From Macrostomum hystrix (Eukaryota; Animalia; Platyhelminthes), in the NCBI GenBank assembly GCA_950097015.1, contig CATNEN010000029.1, positions 6,510,001-6,574,000 on the forward strand: a stretch of DNA of 64,000 bases, given 5' to 3'. A program made the position numbers and the translations under genes. The notes beneath the pieces are model-generated. The model searched no databases. It was not told the DNA's origin and was given only the letters and a program-made list of their open reading frames with translations. Shown here in pieces: positions 47,455-59,789 of this stretch; position 1 is the stretch's first letter; each line of letters opens with the position of its first letter.

Positions 47455-48196
47455 AGGGAGAGAGCGGAAGAGTAGGGAATGGGAGAGATTTGGAGAGGGA
47501 GAGAGCGGAAGAGTAGGTAATGGGAGAGATTAGGAGAGGGAGAGAGCGGAAGAGTAGGGAATGGGAGAGATTAGGAGAGGGAGAGAGCGGAAGAGTAGGG
47601 AATGGGAGAGATTTGGAGAGGGAGAGAGCGGAAGAGTAGGGAATGGGAGAGATTAGGAGAGGGAGAGAGCGGAAGAGTAGGGAATGGGAGAGATTTGGAG
47701 AGGGAGAGAGCGGAAGAGTAGGTAATGGGAGAGATTAGGAGAGGGAGAGAGCGGAAGAGTAGGTAATGGGAGAGATTAGGAGAGGGAGAGAGCGGAAGAG
47801 TAGGGAATGGTAGAGATTAGGAGAGGGAGAGAGCGGAAGAGTAGGGAATGGGAGAGATTAGGAGAGGGAGAGAGCGGAAGAGTAGGGAATGGTAGAGATT
47901 AGGAGAGGGAGAGAGCGGAAGAGTAGGGAATGGGAGAGATTAGGAGAGGGAGAGAGCGGAAGAGTAGGGAATGGTAGAGATTAGGAGAGGGAGAGAGCGG
48001 AAGAGTAGGGAATGGTAGAGATTAGGAGAGGGAGAGAGCGGAAGAGTAGGGAATGGGAGAGATTAGGAGAGGGAGAGAGCGGAAGAGTAGGGAATGGGAG
48101 AGATTAGGAGAGGGAGAGAGCGGAAGAGTAGGGAATGGGAGAGATTAGGAGAGGGAGAGAGCGGAAGAGTAGGGAATGGGAGAGATTAGGAGAGGG
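47455..48196. repeat. 41-bp purine-rich minisatellite (GAGAGGGAGAGAGCGGAAGAGTAGGGAATGGGAGAGATTAG)n
   Basis: Direct reading, about 18 copies. Confidence 0.96.
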
Positions 48197-50063
48197 GGAT
48201 TGAAGCAGTGTAGGAAATGAATCCAAAAAAATCGTTAGTCAGGGAGAATGAGAAATATGAGAGCGTGGGGAGAAAAAATGAATTGTGAGCTGTTTATGCC
48301 TTTTATAAAGATTCTTCCCGGGCATGGAGAAACGGAGGCTATGAGCAGGAAATCTGGTGACAGATTTGAGTTGTCAGAAGGAGTAAATGTAATTTCAAGT
48401 GACTCGAAAGCCGCTGTACTTTTTCTCTCCCACCCCGTTTTCGAAGTCCCCCCGCGAGCTGCAGGTGAGCTGTGCACAGAGGGTGAGAGGCGTGGCAGAG
48501 GCAGGCAGACACGGTGCGTTGGTTCGTGCGTTCGCGATGGCTTGCAATGCCCCGCTGCCGCTATATACTCACATTTTCACCGCTTGATGACTAGCTTGGC
48601 CGATTGTTATTTTTCACGCTCTTGGTCTTCTCCTAGAGGATATTCTCCAGCGGCTGCTCAATGTCTCTCCAGCCGGACTTTAGAGCTATTTGAGTCCCGG
48701 TGGGGCGGGCTGGTCAAGGTGAGGATTGGCGGAGGGCGGAACTGTCAACCGCCCTTAGTGGCTCCCTTCCGCCCCGCTTATTTTGCCCAGTGATAGGATA
48801 GCAACAGAGGAGGACAGTTAGTGGAATATCTAGCTTCAGGTCTAGCTTGAAATTCTGTGCAAGAAATATAAGGGAAGGGGGGAGTGGGAAATCAAAAGTC
48901 CTTCAGTCTCAGTCAAGCCCTTCTATCTGTTCCAATTTCAATACTTTGCATTCATTTCTTTCTACTTAACTGTCGGGTTGTGCATGTAACTCTCGTTGCC
49001 AGAACTGTACATGTACGTGTGTGTGTGTGTGTGTGTGTTTGTGTGAGTTGCACGGAAGTCTTCTATGCCAAAACCGATGCATATGATTATCATATAGCTC
49101 GTACTATGATAATCAGCAAGCAAAAAACAGACCGCTCATTTGAATAACCTAGTTACCTAATTATATTAGAGTCCTATTATAATTTGACTAAGAAAATTCT
49201 ATACAACACTTAGCACTAGCAAGTTTTCAAGAATAACACTGTTTAAGATTGATTTGCTTTTTTCGCTTTCATGATAAATTTTACATGTAATCTTTTTAAA
49301 ATGCAAGGTAAATTTCTTTTTTTCTATTGACATACCTACATGTTGTCATGGTGTTAAACATGGTGTTGGACTTCATGGTCATAAATTTCACATTGCCGAC
49401 GTAGTTTTCAAGCAAACTTTCTTTTAGTTTCTATTGCTAAGACATAATTTCGTGCCCACAATGTGATTGGCTCTGGGCATTCGGGAGTGAGAAGGCTGAA
49501 ATAATTTCATTCCCCTCTGCCTCGCGCGATTGGGTGTAGACGCGCGACAGGCAATCAGGGAGCTTAGAATGAGATTACTTCTCTAATCAGGGTTAGTGAT
49601 TCGCTGCTCTTTGGTAGGCTGGATGTACTTTTATGCCGGGTGATGATATGTATTTGAAAATTATTTCTGAACTTATCAAATACAAAGGTTTGGAGTCTAA
49701 GAAAATTGCCAAGAAATAATTTAAGACGTCAATAAATTTTATAGACGAGGTCTGCTGGTCACTGGTCACTCCTAAGAGGTGCGCTCAGTGGCGACGCAGC
49801 TGCAGAAGACAGGCAGTTAATCTAATCACTTTGGGAATGTCTATGAGCTCATAGTTTTATTGCGCTGGGTCAGTTTGTTAATACGGAACATATTGAACTG
49901 CTTTGCAAGAGCTACTGGACAGTCAGAGTTTAAATAATTCAACAAATTTGCTGAAATTTTCCATTAACTTGCAGTCGAACTCCGAGGATAATTAGTTTTT
50001 ATCCTATTAAATCCTTCTTCCAAGTACATTTCATACTTCTCTTTCTAAAGCAGAAACTGAGTA

Positions 50064-53000
50064 TCAGCGAAGCACGGAAGAAACAGCAGCAGCAGCAGCA
50101 GCAGTAGCCAGCGCCAAAGATCCCAGAGGAGCAGCGGCTGAAGGCATCGCTGACTTCGGCGCATCCGGGCACAGCCTGGGTCGATTCCAGGAGCTAGGGT
50201 CCAGGCCCTTCTCCAGCACCATCTCGTTCTCGAAAACTTCCGCTTGCATCAGCACCCTACTGGTGTTGGTGGCGTCCCGGCTGATGGTCAAGAAGGACGC
50301 TGGGTTCTGCCAGGCTGCGTGGGGCACCGTAATGGAATCGTCAGTTCGATTCAGCAGGATGCCTGGTACGGCGGACTCAAGCGGCTCGAGCAGGTTCACA
50401 TAGAAGTGGTAGGGCTCAGTTGTTGACCTCAGCGTCACCGGAATCAACTCCAGCTTGGCGATGCCGTACAAGAATGTCATGCTGCCCGCTGTCTGGTTGT
50501 AGGAAACGCTCGCTCTGCCGAAGCCGTAGTTGCCATAGCTTTACAATTTGCAGGTTTGGGTTCGTTAAATAACTAAATTAAAAGATAACAGACTCAATAT
50601 TCTAACTGATAAACAAAGCAAATATAACTGCTCTGCCTCACTACTGCAGAATAACCTCCCTCCTCTTTCCCCCCACCAGCCTCACTCACTCCTCCGCCAA
50701 ATTTACTGCTACGCGAACTTTATTCCTCCGCCAACCTCACTCCTCCGCCAACCTCACTCCTCCGCCAACCTCACTCCTCCGCCAACCTCACTCCTCCGCC
50801 AACCTCACTCCACCGCTTACCTCACTCCTCCACCAACCTCCCTCCTCCGCTTTAAAAAATGTCAGCACTCGCACCTGCCACTGATCAGATCCACCTCAGT
50901 AGCGGTCAGCTTTCTTCGCTGGATTGTCTCAACTGTGGGGTCGTTGGGAATGTTATTTAATAGCTCGCACACGTTCTCCTCAGTCACGAAGGAGTTATTT
51001 CGAAGAAGCAATTCGGCGATGTATCGGTTGATAATGGCTGCGTAGACTCCAGACAGTGGGGCATTGGCAGAAGGGCCCAGTGTCATGTGATTAAAAACGG
51101 CCAGCTTATTGCTGGGAAAAATGTCCAACTCGGAGCGCACACCCAGCAGTGAACCGCCGTGGCTGTAATCCAGATTTCCTGCGGGGTTAAGGAACAGATC
51201 GGTTCAAAAAGCCATTTTAATTGCTTTAATTGCTCCGTCAACCCAACTCCTCCGTCAACCCAACTCCTCCGTCAACTCCACTCCTACGTAAACTCCACTC
51301 CTCCGTCAAATCCACTCATTTGTAAACTCCACGCCTACGTCAACCCTACACCGCCGTCAACCCCAATCCTCCGTCAACCCCACTCCTCCGTCAGCCCCAC
51401 CCCTCCGTCAACCTCACCCCTCCGTCAGCCCCACCCCTCCGTCAACCTCACCCCTTCCGTCAGCCCCACCCCTCCGTCAACCTCACCCCTCCGTCAGCCC
51501 CACTCCTCCGTCAACCCCACTCCTCCGTCAGCCCCACTCCTCCGTCAGCCCCACTCCTCCGTCAGCCCCGCTCCTCCGTCAACCCACTCCTCCGTCAGCC
51601 CCACTCCTCCGTCAGCCCCACTCCTCCGTCAGCCCCACTCATCCGTCAACCCCACTCCTCCGTCAGCCCCACTCCTCCGTCAGCCCCACTCCTCCGTCAG
51701 CCCCACTCCTCCGTCAGCCCCACTCTTCCGTCAACCCCAGTCTCCTTCAACCTCACGTTTCAGTCAACCCCACTCCTTTGCCTGCCAAATTCCTGCTCGG
51801 AAAGAGAGAACACGATGACAGACAGGACTTTTAAGTAGTCTGTGAAGCGTATTAATAAGACAACTCACTCCGATACCAAGTTCTCAGCCAGCCGCGGCTG
51901 TATGATTCAATCTCCCAGTCGGGCAGATCGCTGGCTACACTGCTGTTGTACAGCGCCGGGTTAAATAAGCCATTGAACCCACTTTCGGCAGCTAATCCGT
52001 TCAGCGACCGGAACTGGCCGGGTACTGGCGTATAGGCCGAGTGATTGCCGCTGGCATGCAGCTGCATGTAGCGAATCATGTCCTGCAGCGAGACCAGAAT
52101 ACCCCCGGCTGCCTCCACTATGCGAGTGGCACTGCAGTTTATTGCGGAGCGCTCTCTGAAGTTCTGCTTTTTTAACTGGTAATTCTACTATTAGTAGGCT
52201 ACTTCACATCGGATGGTGGCTGGATGTGGGGTGCTGGATGTGGGATGCTGGATGTGGGGTGCTGGATTTGGTGTGTTGGATGGGGGGTGCTGGATGTGGG
52301 GTGCTGGATGTGGGGTGCTGGATGTGGGGTGCTGGATGTGGGGTGCTGGATGTGGGGTGCTGGATGTGGGGTGCTGGATGTGGGGTGCTGGATGTGGGGT
52401 GCTGGATGTGGGGTGCTGGATGTGGGATGCTGGATGTGGGGTGCTGGGTTTGGTGTGCTGGATGTGGGGTGCTGGATGTGGGGTGCTGGATGTGGGGTGC
52501 TGGATGTGGGGTGCTGGATGTGGGGTGCTGGATGTGGGGTGCTGGATGTGGGGTGCTGGATGTGGGATGCTGGATGTGGTGTGCTGGATGTGGGATGCTG
52601 GATGTGGGGTGCTGGATGTGGGGTGCTGGATGTGGGGTGTGGCGTGTTGGCAGTTAGTGGTTTTTAAACAAAACTGAGTGTTGATCCCGTCGCTCCCAGA
52701 CTCACGTCTCCATCTTGGACATCTCCAGCGGCAGGTTCAGTGGTCGGTGGTGCCTGTTGATGTCAATCCTATCTAGAAGGCCCTTCTGCTTAATCTCCGA
52801 GCTGCCGTGGCTGTCCGTCATGCCCAGCGGCTGCCAGAGGAATTCGCGCATGTACTGCACGAATGTGCGGTTCGTCAGACGCTGGACGGCCACGTCAGCG
52901 ATGGTCCAGACGAGGTTGTTGTAGACGAAGGAGTCTCGAAACGGAGCGGCAGTTTTTAAACGACCGACGTGGCTGTAAAAATGATTGGTTGGTTGGTTGG

Positions 53001-54936
53001 TTGGTTGGTTGGTTGGTTGGTTGGTTGGTTGGCTGGTTGGCTGGTTGGTTGGTTGGTTGGTTGGTTGGTTGGTTGGTTGGTTGGTTGGTTGGTTGGTTGG
53101 TTGGTTGGTTGGTTGGTTGGTTGGTGGGTTGGTTGGTTGGTTCGTTGATTGGTTGGTTGGTTGGTTGGTTGGTTGGTTGGTTGGTTGGTTGGTTGGTTGG
53201 TTGGTTGGTTGGTTGGTTGGTTGGTTGGTTGGTTGGTTGGTTGGTTGGTTGGTTGGTTGGTTGGTTGGTTGGTTGGTTGGTTGGTTGGTTGGTTGGTTGG
53301 TTGGTTGGTTGGTTGGTTGGTTGGTTGGTTGGTTGGTTGGTTGGTTGGTTGGTTGGTTGGTTGGTTGGTTGGTTGGTTGGTTGGTTGGTTGGTTGGTTGG
53401 TTGGTTGGTTGGTTGGTTGGTTGGTTGGTTGGTTGGTTGGTTGGTTGGTTGGTTGGTTGGTTGGTTGGTTGGTTGGTTGGTTGGTTGGTTGGTTGGTTGG
53501 TTGGTTGGTTGGTTGGTTGGTTGGTTGGTTGGTTGGTTGGTTGGTTGGTTGGTTGGTTGGTTGGTTGGTTGGTTGGTTGGTTGGTTGGTTGGTTGGTTGG
53601 TTGGTTGGTTGGTTGGTTGGTTGGTTGGTTGGTTGGTTGGTTGGTTGGTTGGTTGGTTGGTTGGTTGGTTGGTTGGTTGGTTGGTTGGTTGGTTGGTTGG
53701 TTGGTTGGTTGGTTGGTTGGTTGGTTGGTTGGTTGGTTGGTTGGTTGGTTGGTTGGTTGGTTGGTTGGTTGGTTGGTTGGTTGGTTGGTTGGTTGGTTGG
53801 TTGGTTGGTTGGTTGGTTGGTTGGTTGGTTGGTTGGTTGGTTGGTTGGTTGGTTGGTTGGTTGGTTGGTTGGTTGGTTGGTTGGTTGGTTGGTTGGTTGG
53901 TTGGTTGGTTGGTTGGTTGGTTGGTTGGTTGGTTGGTTGGTTGGTTGGTTGGTTGGTTGGTTGGTTGGTTGGTTGGTTGGTTGGTTGGTTGGTTGGTTGG
54001 TTGGTTGGTTGGTTGGTTGGTTGGTTGGTTGGTTGGTTGGTTGGTTGGTTGGTTGGTTGGTTGGTTGGTTGGTTGGTTGGTTGGTTGGTTGGTTGGTTGG
54101 TTGGTTGGTTGGTTGGTTGGTTGGTTGGTTGGTTGGTTGGTTGGTTGGTTGGTTGGTTGGTTGGTTGGTTGGTTGGTTGGTTGCTTACCGAGCGAATTCC
54201 TCCTTGCTCTCCCATTCGTTTAGATACCACATGGCGTCGTGTCTTGACAGTCCAGTGCGGTGGCTCAGCATATCGTCTATGGTAACTAGCTCGGTGAGTC
54301 CATGGTCGATAAACCAGAAGCTTTCATCGCCGATCAGCTTCTTGATTGGAGTGGTGAAGAGGCTGTTTTGGGTTTCAAGAATGAAAGTGGAAATTTTTTA
54401 AGTGCTTCGTTTAAATACTATCAAATTTCGACAAAAATTGAAATGGATATCTAATTCAGCCTGACAAAACCTAATTCCTCCGTCAACCCCACTCCTTCGT
54501 CAACCCCAGTCCTCCGTCAACCTCTTCTGTCAACTGTCAGACAAGAGGCTGTCAAAATTTTTATCAAACATCAATTTGAATTGAATTATGCTTGCCTAAA
54601 GGACTGATTCTTGAGCACCTCTCGCAGGTGCTGCTCAACTCGCACTAGCGCTGTACCGAACATGCCCTTGCTAACCGAAGCCAGATACAGCAGGCGATTG
54701 TCCGCAATGTCCATGATCTGGCCATTCGGCAGCTGCTCCAGCCTGATGCTGTAGACCACCTGGTTGGCGTGGACAACGGCCGCGTGCAGCTGCGGCACAA
54801 ACTGACAGCGCATCGTCCGCTCGAGTACTCGCCGAACTGCGACGGTGTCCAACGGGTAGTAGCTGACTGCGAGAGCGGGCTGCAGGCAGGCTGCCAGCAC
54901 AGCCAGGACTGCCAAGGTTGTCACTAGCGGTTGCAT
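50064..54936 (-). CDS. Secreted, probably GPI-anchored beta-lactamase-related (class C/AmpC-fold) serine hydrolase, about 615 aa, six exons
   Basis: Exons 54936-54596 (GC donor), 54362-54189, 52972-52706, 52155-51869, 51178-50875 and 50538-50064 join in frame (1848 nt). N-terminal signal peptide [23 protein letters not shown]. Motifs SxxK (LASVSK), [13 protein letters not shown], YxN (FVYNNL), PLGM, AAGGI and HGG. Small-residue plus hydrophobic C-terminal tail. Confidence 0.9.
50730..50850. repeat. 17-bp repeat (CTCACTCCTCCGCCAAC)n in hydrolase intron 5
   Basis: Direct reading. Confidence 0.9.
51230..51780. repeat. 17-bp repeat (CCGTCAGCCCCACTCCT)n in hydrolase intron 4
   Basis: Direct reading. 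Confidence 0.93.
52220..52640. repeat. 14-bp repeat (GGATGTGGGGTGCT)n in hydrolase intron 3
   Basis: Direct reading. Confidence 0.96.
52984..54183. repeat. (TTGG)n microsatellite, about 1.2 kb, filling hydrolase intron 2
   Basis: Direct reading. Confidence 0.99.
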
Positions 54937-55484
54937 TGTTCCTAAAAACTGTTGACAGTCAACATTCGGTAGCAATGGGCAGCTTGTTACCTGACAAGAC
55001 AAGCCTACAAGACTTATATAATTTTTGTTTGCAAACTATTTTTATCAAGACGCTCCGAGCCAGCTAAGCAAAATGCTAGTTTAGTTAGATAAGATATCTC
55101 TCCATGGAGACTCAACAGAACTAGTGAGTCACTTGAAGTTCTTCTTAGTTTCCATTTAAATCCCTTTAAATGAATATGAATCAGTGACTTAAAGATATTG
55201 TCTGTCCATTTAATGACATTGCATAAAACAAACACACCTAGGACTTTTAGATTTTAATCATCTGTCATTTACCGATTAGTAATTTAATTAACAAATTATC
55301 TAAAAGTGAATAATTGTGGCGCAATGCTACGAGGCGTTTTACCTAAAATTCGCTTACACTCTACTGTAAGTAGTGCTGGCCGGAATGATTGCTGCGACAT
55401 ATTTATCTAGATTTATCTAGAAAATAAAATATATTGCGCTTGATAAATTCAAGGGCTTCTGTCTGTAGCAACAATGTATAGCAT

Positions 55485-55575
55485 TTATAGCCCATAGTGC
55501 GCATCTATCCGTAGGTCGGGAGTTCGATTCTCAAACTAAAAAATATGTTTTTCCTTGAGCAAGTCTCTTGATTCC
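55485..55575 (+). mobile_element. Highly decayed tRNA-SINE head fragment
   Basis: ggtcgggagttcgattctc (B-box-like) followed by ccttgagcaagtc (start of the CORE block). Confidence 0.45.
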
Positions 55576-56056
55576 TTAAAATTCGAAATTTTAGTGGGTG
55601 TGACGGCCTCTATACAGTCCACGGACCACTAGAAGAAGAAGGACGAGACACTTCGTTTCTTGAAAAAAAGTATTATTAAAGGCTCATTTTTACTGAAAAA
55701 ATGCACTTTGAAGATTGGAACTTTTCACGGTTTTCACATTAAAATGTTGATTACTTTTTATCGGAAGCACACCCAACGTTGTTCATTTGTGCTCGTATCA
55801 CGTATCACGTTCTCGTATCATGAGATAGTAATATTACTATTGACTGGCTATTGTGCTTCTTGTTATTCACGAATGAAGCTTTCTAAATTTCGTTGAAGCA
55901 TCTGGATCTGAATGCTATTTATAACTCTTGTATGGAAGCTCTTGGCTAAATCCCGTTTCTTCCTATGTTCCCCTTTTTGCCCTAGACATTTGGCTTTTAG
56001 TCCAATATTCAAAAGTGCCAGATTCTCAAATTTCAAACCACCAGCGTGAGCTCAAA

Positions 56057-56452
56057 ATGGACATCGGCCCACCGATTCAAGGCTTCAACATCGCGGAATT
56101 TGTCTTCCTTCTGGTGGCTCTATGTTTCTGCTGCTGCTATCTGACTTTGGTGCTACTGCAGAGCTCATTGAACAGTCTGCAGCAGAGCCTCCGGGACTAC
56201 AAGAACTGGAGCGGGCTTAGCTTAGAAGTCACACATCGGGATGGAGTCCTTCGGCTTCCGGGCAGCACAGCGGTCGCTATAATCCAGGCTTTTTCAGATG
56301 AACTCAGACTTGTTCTGAGCTGCAACCATCTGCTACTGGTCTGTTTAGCTGCCTGCCTCCTGACTCTGACTGTGTGGCACCGGATGGCCATCCACAACAC
56401 AGTTCACAACGATGTAATCGACGGAGAGACTGTGGGTCAGGGGGATAATTGA
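56057..56452 (+). CDS. Small hypothetical protein (131 aa) with two hydrophobic, transmembrane-like segments
   Basis: caaaATG context at 56057, GC-richer than its flanks, with hydrophobic stretches FVFLLVALCFCCCYLTLVLL and LLLVCLAACLLTLTVW. No family recognised. Confidence 0.45.
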   Translation: MDIGPPIQGFNIAEFVFLLVALCFCCCYLTLVLLQSSLNSLQQSLRDYKNWSGLSLEVTHRDGVLRLPGSTAVAIIQAFSDELRLVLSCNHLLLVCLAACLLTLTVWHRMAIHNTVHNDVIDGETVGQGDN

Positions 56453-56599
56453 CCTAATTCAGAAGATGCTAGATCGAATGCCTTCAACTCAATATAATTT
56501 GTCGGCCATTTCATTTTGTAAATGAATCGCATTTTTTTTGTTCTCTGTACTAATACTGATTAGCTTCTTTTCGTGACCCTGAAGGAAACAGTGGGAGGG

Positions 56600-59240
56600 C
56601 AATGAAGTAACGGAGGAGGTAAGGCAATGAAGGAAAGGAGGGAAGGCAATGAAGTAACGGAGGAGGGAAGGCAATGAAGGATAGGAGGTAGAGCACTAAA
56701 GGAACGGAGAGGGGGTCACTGAAGGAACGGAGGAGGAGGAAGGGCCCTGAAGGAACGGAGGAGGAAGGGCCCTGAAGGAACCGAGGAGGAAGGGCCCTGA
56801 GGGAACGAAGGTTGAAGGGCACTGAAGGAACGGAGGAGGAAGGGCCCTGAAGGAACGGACGAGGAGGGCACTGAAGGAACGGAGGAGGAAGGCACTGAAG
56901 GAACGGAGAGGGGGTCACTGAAGGAACGGAGGAGGGCACTGAAGGAACGGAGGAGGGCACTGAAGGAACGGAGGAGGGCACTGAAGGAACGGAGGAGGGC
57001 CCTGAGGGAACGGAGGTTGAAGGGCACTGAAGGAACGGAGGAGGAGGGCACTGAAGAAACGGAGGAGGAAGGGCTTTGAAGGAACGGAGGAGGAAGGGCC
57101 CTGAAGGAACGGAGGAGGAGGGCACTGAAGGAACGGAGGAGGAAGGGCCCTGAAGGAACGGAGGAGGAAGGGCACTGAGGGAACGGAGGAGGAGGGCACT
57201 GAAGGAACGGAGAGGGGGTCACTGAAGGAACGGAGGAGGGCACTGAAGGAACGGAGGAGGGCACTGATGGAACGGAGGAGGGAGGGCCCTGAAGGAACGG
57301 AGTAGACGGGACACTGAGGGAACGGAGGAGGGAGGGCACTGAAGGAACAGAGGAGGGAGGGCACTGAAGGAACAGAGGAGGGAGGGCACTGAAGGAACAG
57401 AGGAGGGAGGGCACTGAAGGAACAGAGGAGGGAGGGCACTGAAGGAACAGAGGAGGGAGGGCACTGAAGGAACAGAGGAGGGAGGGCACTGAAGGAACAG
57501 AGGAGGGAGGTCACTGAAGGAACAGAGGAGGGAGGTCACTGAAGGAACAGAGGAGGGAGGTCACTGAAGGAACAGAGGAGGGAGGTCACTGAAGGAACAG
57601 AGGAGGGAGGGCACTGAAGGAACAGAGGAGGGAGGTCACTGAAGGAACAGAGGAGGGAGGGCACTGAAGGAACAGAGGAGGGAGGGCACTGAAGGAACAG
57701 AGGAGGGAGGTCACTGAAGGAACAGAGGAGGGAGGTCACTGAAGGAACAGAGGAGGGAGGTCACTGAAGGAACAGAGGAGGGAGGTCACTGAAGGAACAG
57801 AGGAGGGAGGGCACTGAAGGAACAGAGGAGGGAGGTCACTGAAGGAACAGAGGAGGGAGGGCACTGAAGGAACAGAGGAGGGAGGGCACTGAAGGAACAG
57901 AGGAGGGAGGGCACGGAAGGAACAGAGGAGGAAGGGCCCTGAAGGAACGGACGAGGAGGGCACTGAAGGAACGGAGGAGGAAGGCACTGAAGGAACGGAG
58001 AGGGGGTCACTGAAGGAACGGAGGAGGGCACTGAAGGAACGGAGGAGGGCACTGAAGGAACGGAGGAGGGCACTGAAGGAACGGAGGAGGGCCCTGAGGG
58101 AACGGAGGTTGAAGGGCACTGAAGGAACGGAGGAGGAGGGCACTGAAGAAACGGAGGAGGAAGGGCTTTGAAGGAACGGAGGAGGAAGGGCCCTGAAGGA
58201 ACGGAGGAGGAGGGCACTGAAGGAACGGAGGAGGAAGGGCCCTGAAGGAACGGAGGAGGAAGGGCACTGAGGGAACGGAGGAGGGCACTGAAGGAACGGA
58301 GAGGGGGTCACTGAAGGAACGGAGGAGGGCACTGAAGGAACGGAGGAGGGCACTGAAGGAACGGAGGAGGGAGGGCCCTGAAGGAACGGAGTAGACGGGA
58401 CACTGAGGGAACGGAGGAGGGAGGGCACTGAAGGAACAGAGGAGGGAGGGCACTGAAGGAACAGAGGAGGGAGGGCACTGAAGGAACAGAGGAGGAGGGC
58501 ACTGAAGGAACGGAGGAGGAAGGGCCCTGAAGGAACGGAGGAGGAAGGGCACTGAGGGAACGGAGGAGGAGGGCACTGAAGGAACGGAGAGGGGGTCACT
58601 GAAGGAACGGAGGAGGGCACTGAAGGAACGGAGGAGGGCACTGAAGGAACGGAGGAGGGAGGGCCCTGAAGGAACGGAGTAGACGGGACACTGAGGGAAC
58701 GGAGGAGGGAGGGCACTGAAGGAACAGAGGAGGGAGGGCACTGAAGGAACAGAGGAGGGAGGGCACTGAAGGAACAGAGGAGGGAGGGCACTGAAGGAAC
58801 AGAGGAGGGAGGGCACTGAAGGAACAGAGGAGGGAGGGCACTGAAGGAACAGAGGAGGTAGGGCACTGAAGGAACAGAGGAGGGAGGGCACTGAAGGAAC
58901 AGAGGAGGGAGGGCACTGAAGGAACAGAGGAGGGAGGTCACTGAAGGAACAGAGGAGGGAGGTCACTGAAGGAACAGAGGAGGGAGGTCACTGAAGGAAC
59001 AGAGGAGGGAGGTCACTGAAGGAACAGAGGAGGGAGGGCACTGAAGGAACAGAGGAGGGAGGGCACTGAAGGAACAGAGGAGGGAGGTCACTGAAGGAAC
59101 AGAGGAGGGAGGGCACTGAAGGAACAGAGGAGGGAGGGCACTGAAGGAACAGAGGAGGGAGGGCACTGAAGGAACAGAGGAGGGAGGGCACTGAAGGAAC
59201 AGAGGAGGGAGGGCACGGAAGGAACAGAGGAGGGAGGGCA
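56600..59240. repeat. Compound 22-25-bp purine-rich minisatellite (GGGCACTGAAGGAAC(A/G)GAGGAGGGA family) with duplicated higher-order blocks
   Basis: Direct reading. A rare variant, gagtagacgggacactgaggg, recurs at about 57300, 58390 and 58680. Confidence 0.97.
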
Positions 59241-59789
59241 CTAAATGAACGTTAGAGGGAGAGCACAGAAGTAGCTGAGGGTTGTTACGAGTAAATGGCT
59301 TTTAGAAAAGTAAAAAGCTTTCGTTTTCTTTTCAGTCGTGGGTCGTAGATATTTGTTATAAAGAATGGTGCACGCTTGTGAGTGATAACAGATACACACA
59401 GGCACACATGCACAAGGAACTGGGAAACTGCCAAATCATTTCTGAGGTAAAAAAATTTCCAGCCCTATAGTAAATACGAGCAGGTACAGCTTGATTACGC
59501 AATAATTTTCCTCATGTTGCTTCCCAGCCTTTTGTGGGATCTGGGCTATTGCGCAATCACTGCATACCGCAGTATCTCTGCCCCTTTTCTTGTGATCTGT
59601 TTTCAAATTAAAAAAGCAACACAGTTATGCCACAGATCAAGCTGTGAGGCCTGGAAGCCTTCATTTGCTACCTTGACTATATTCAAATCTGATTTGCATA
59701 TTCTGTAGCGCTCCGGCGAGTTGAAATTTTAGCCTCTTTTCTAGGAAGCAAAGCGGTGCTGATCTTAAGATTCAAACAGAGTGAGAATG

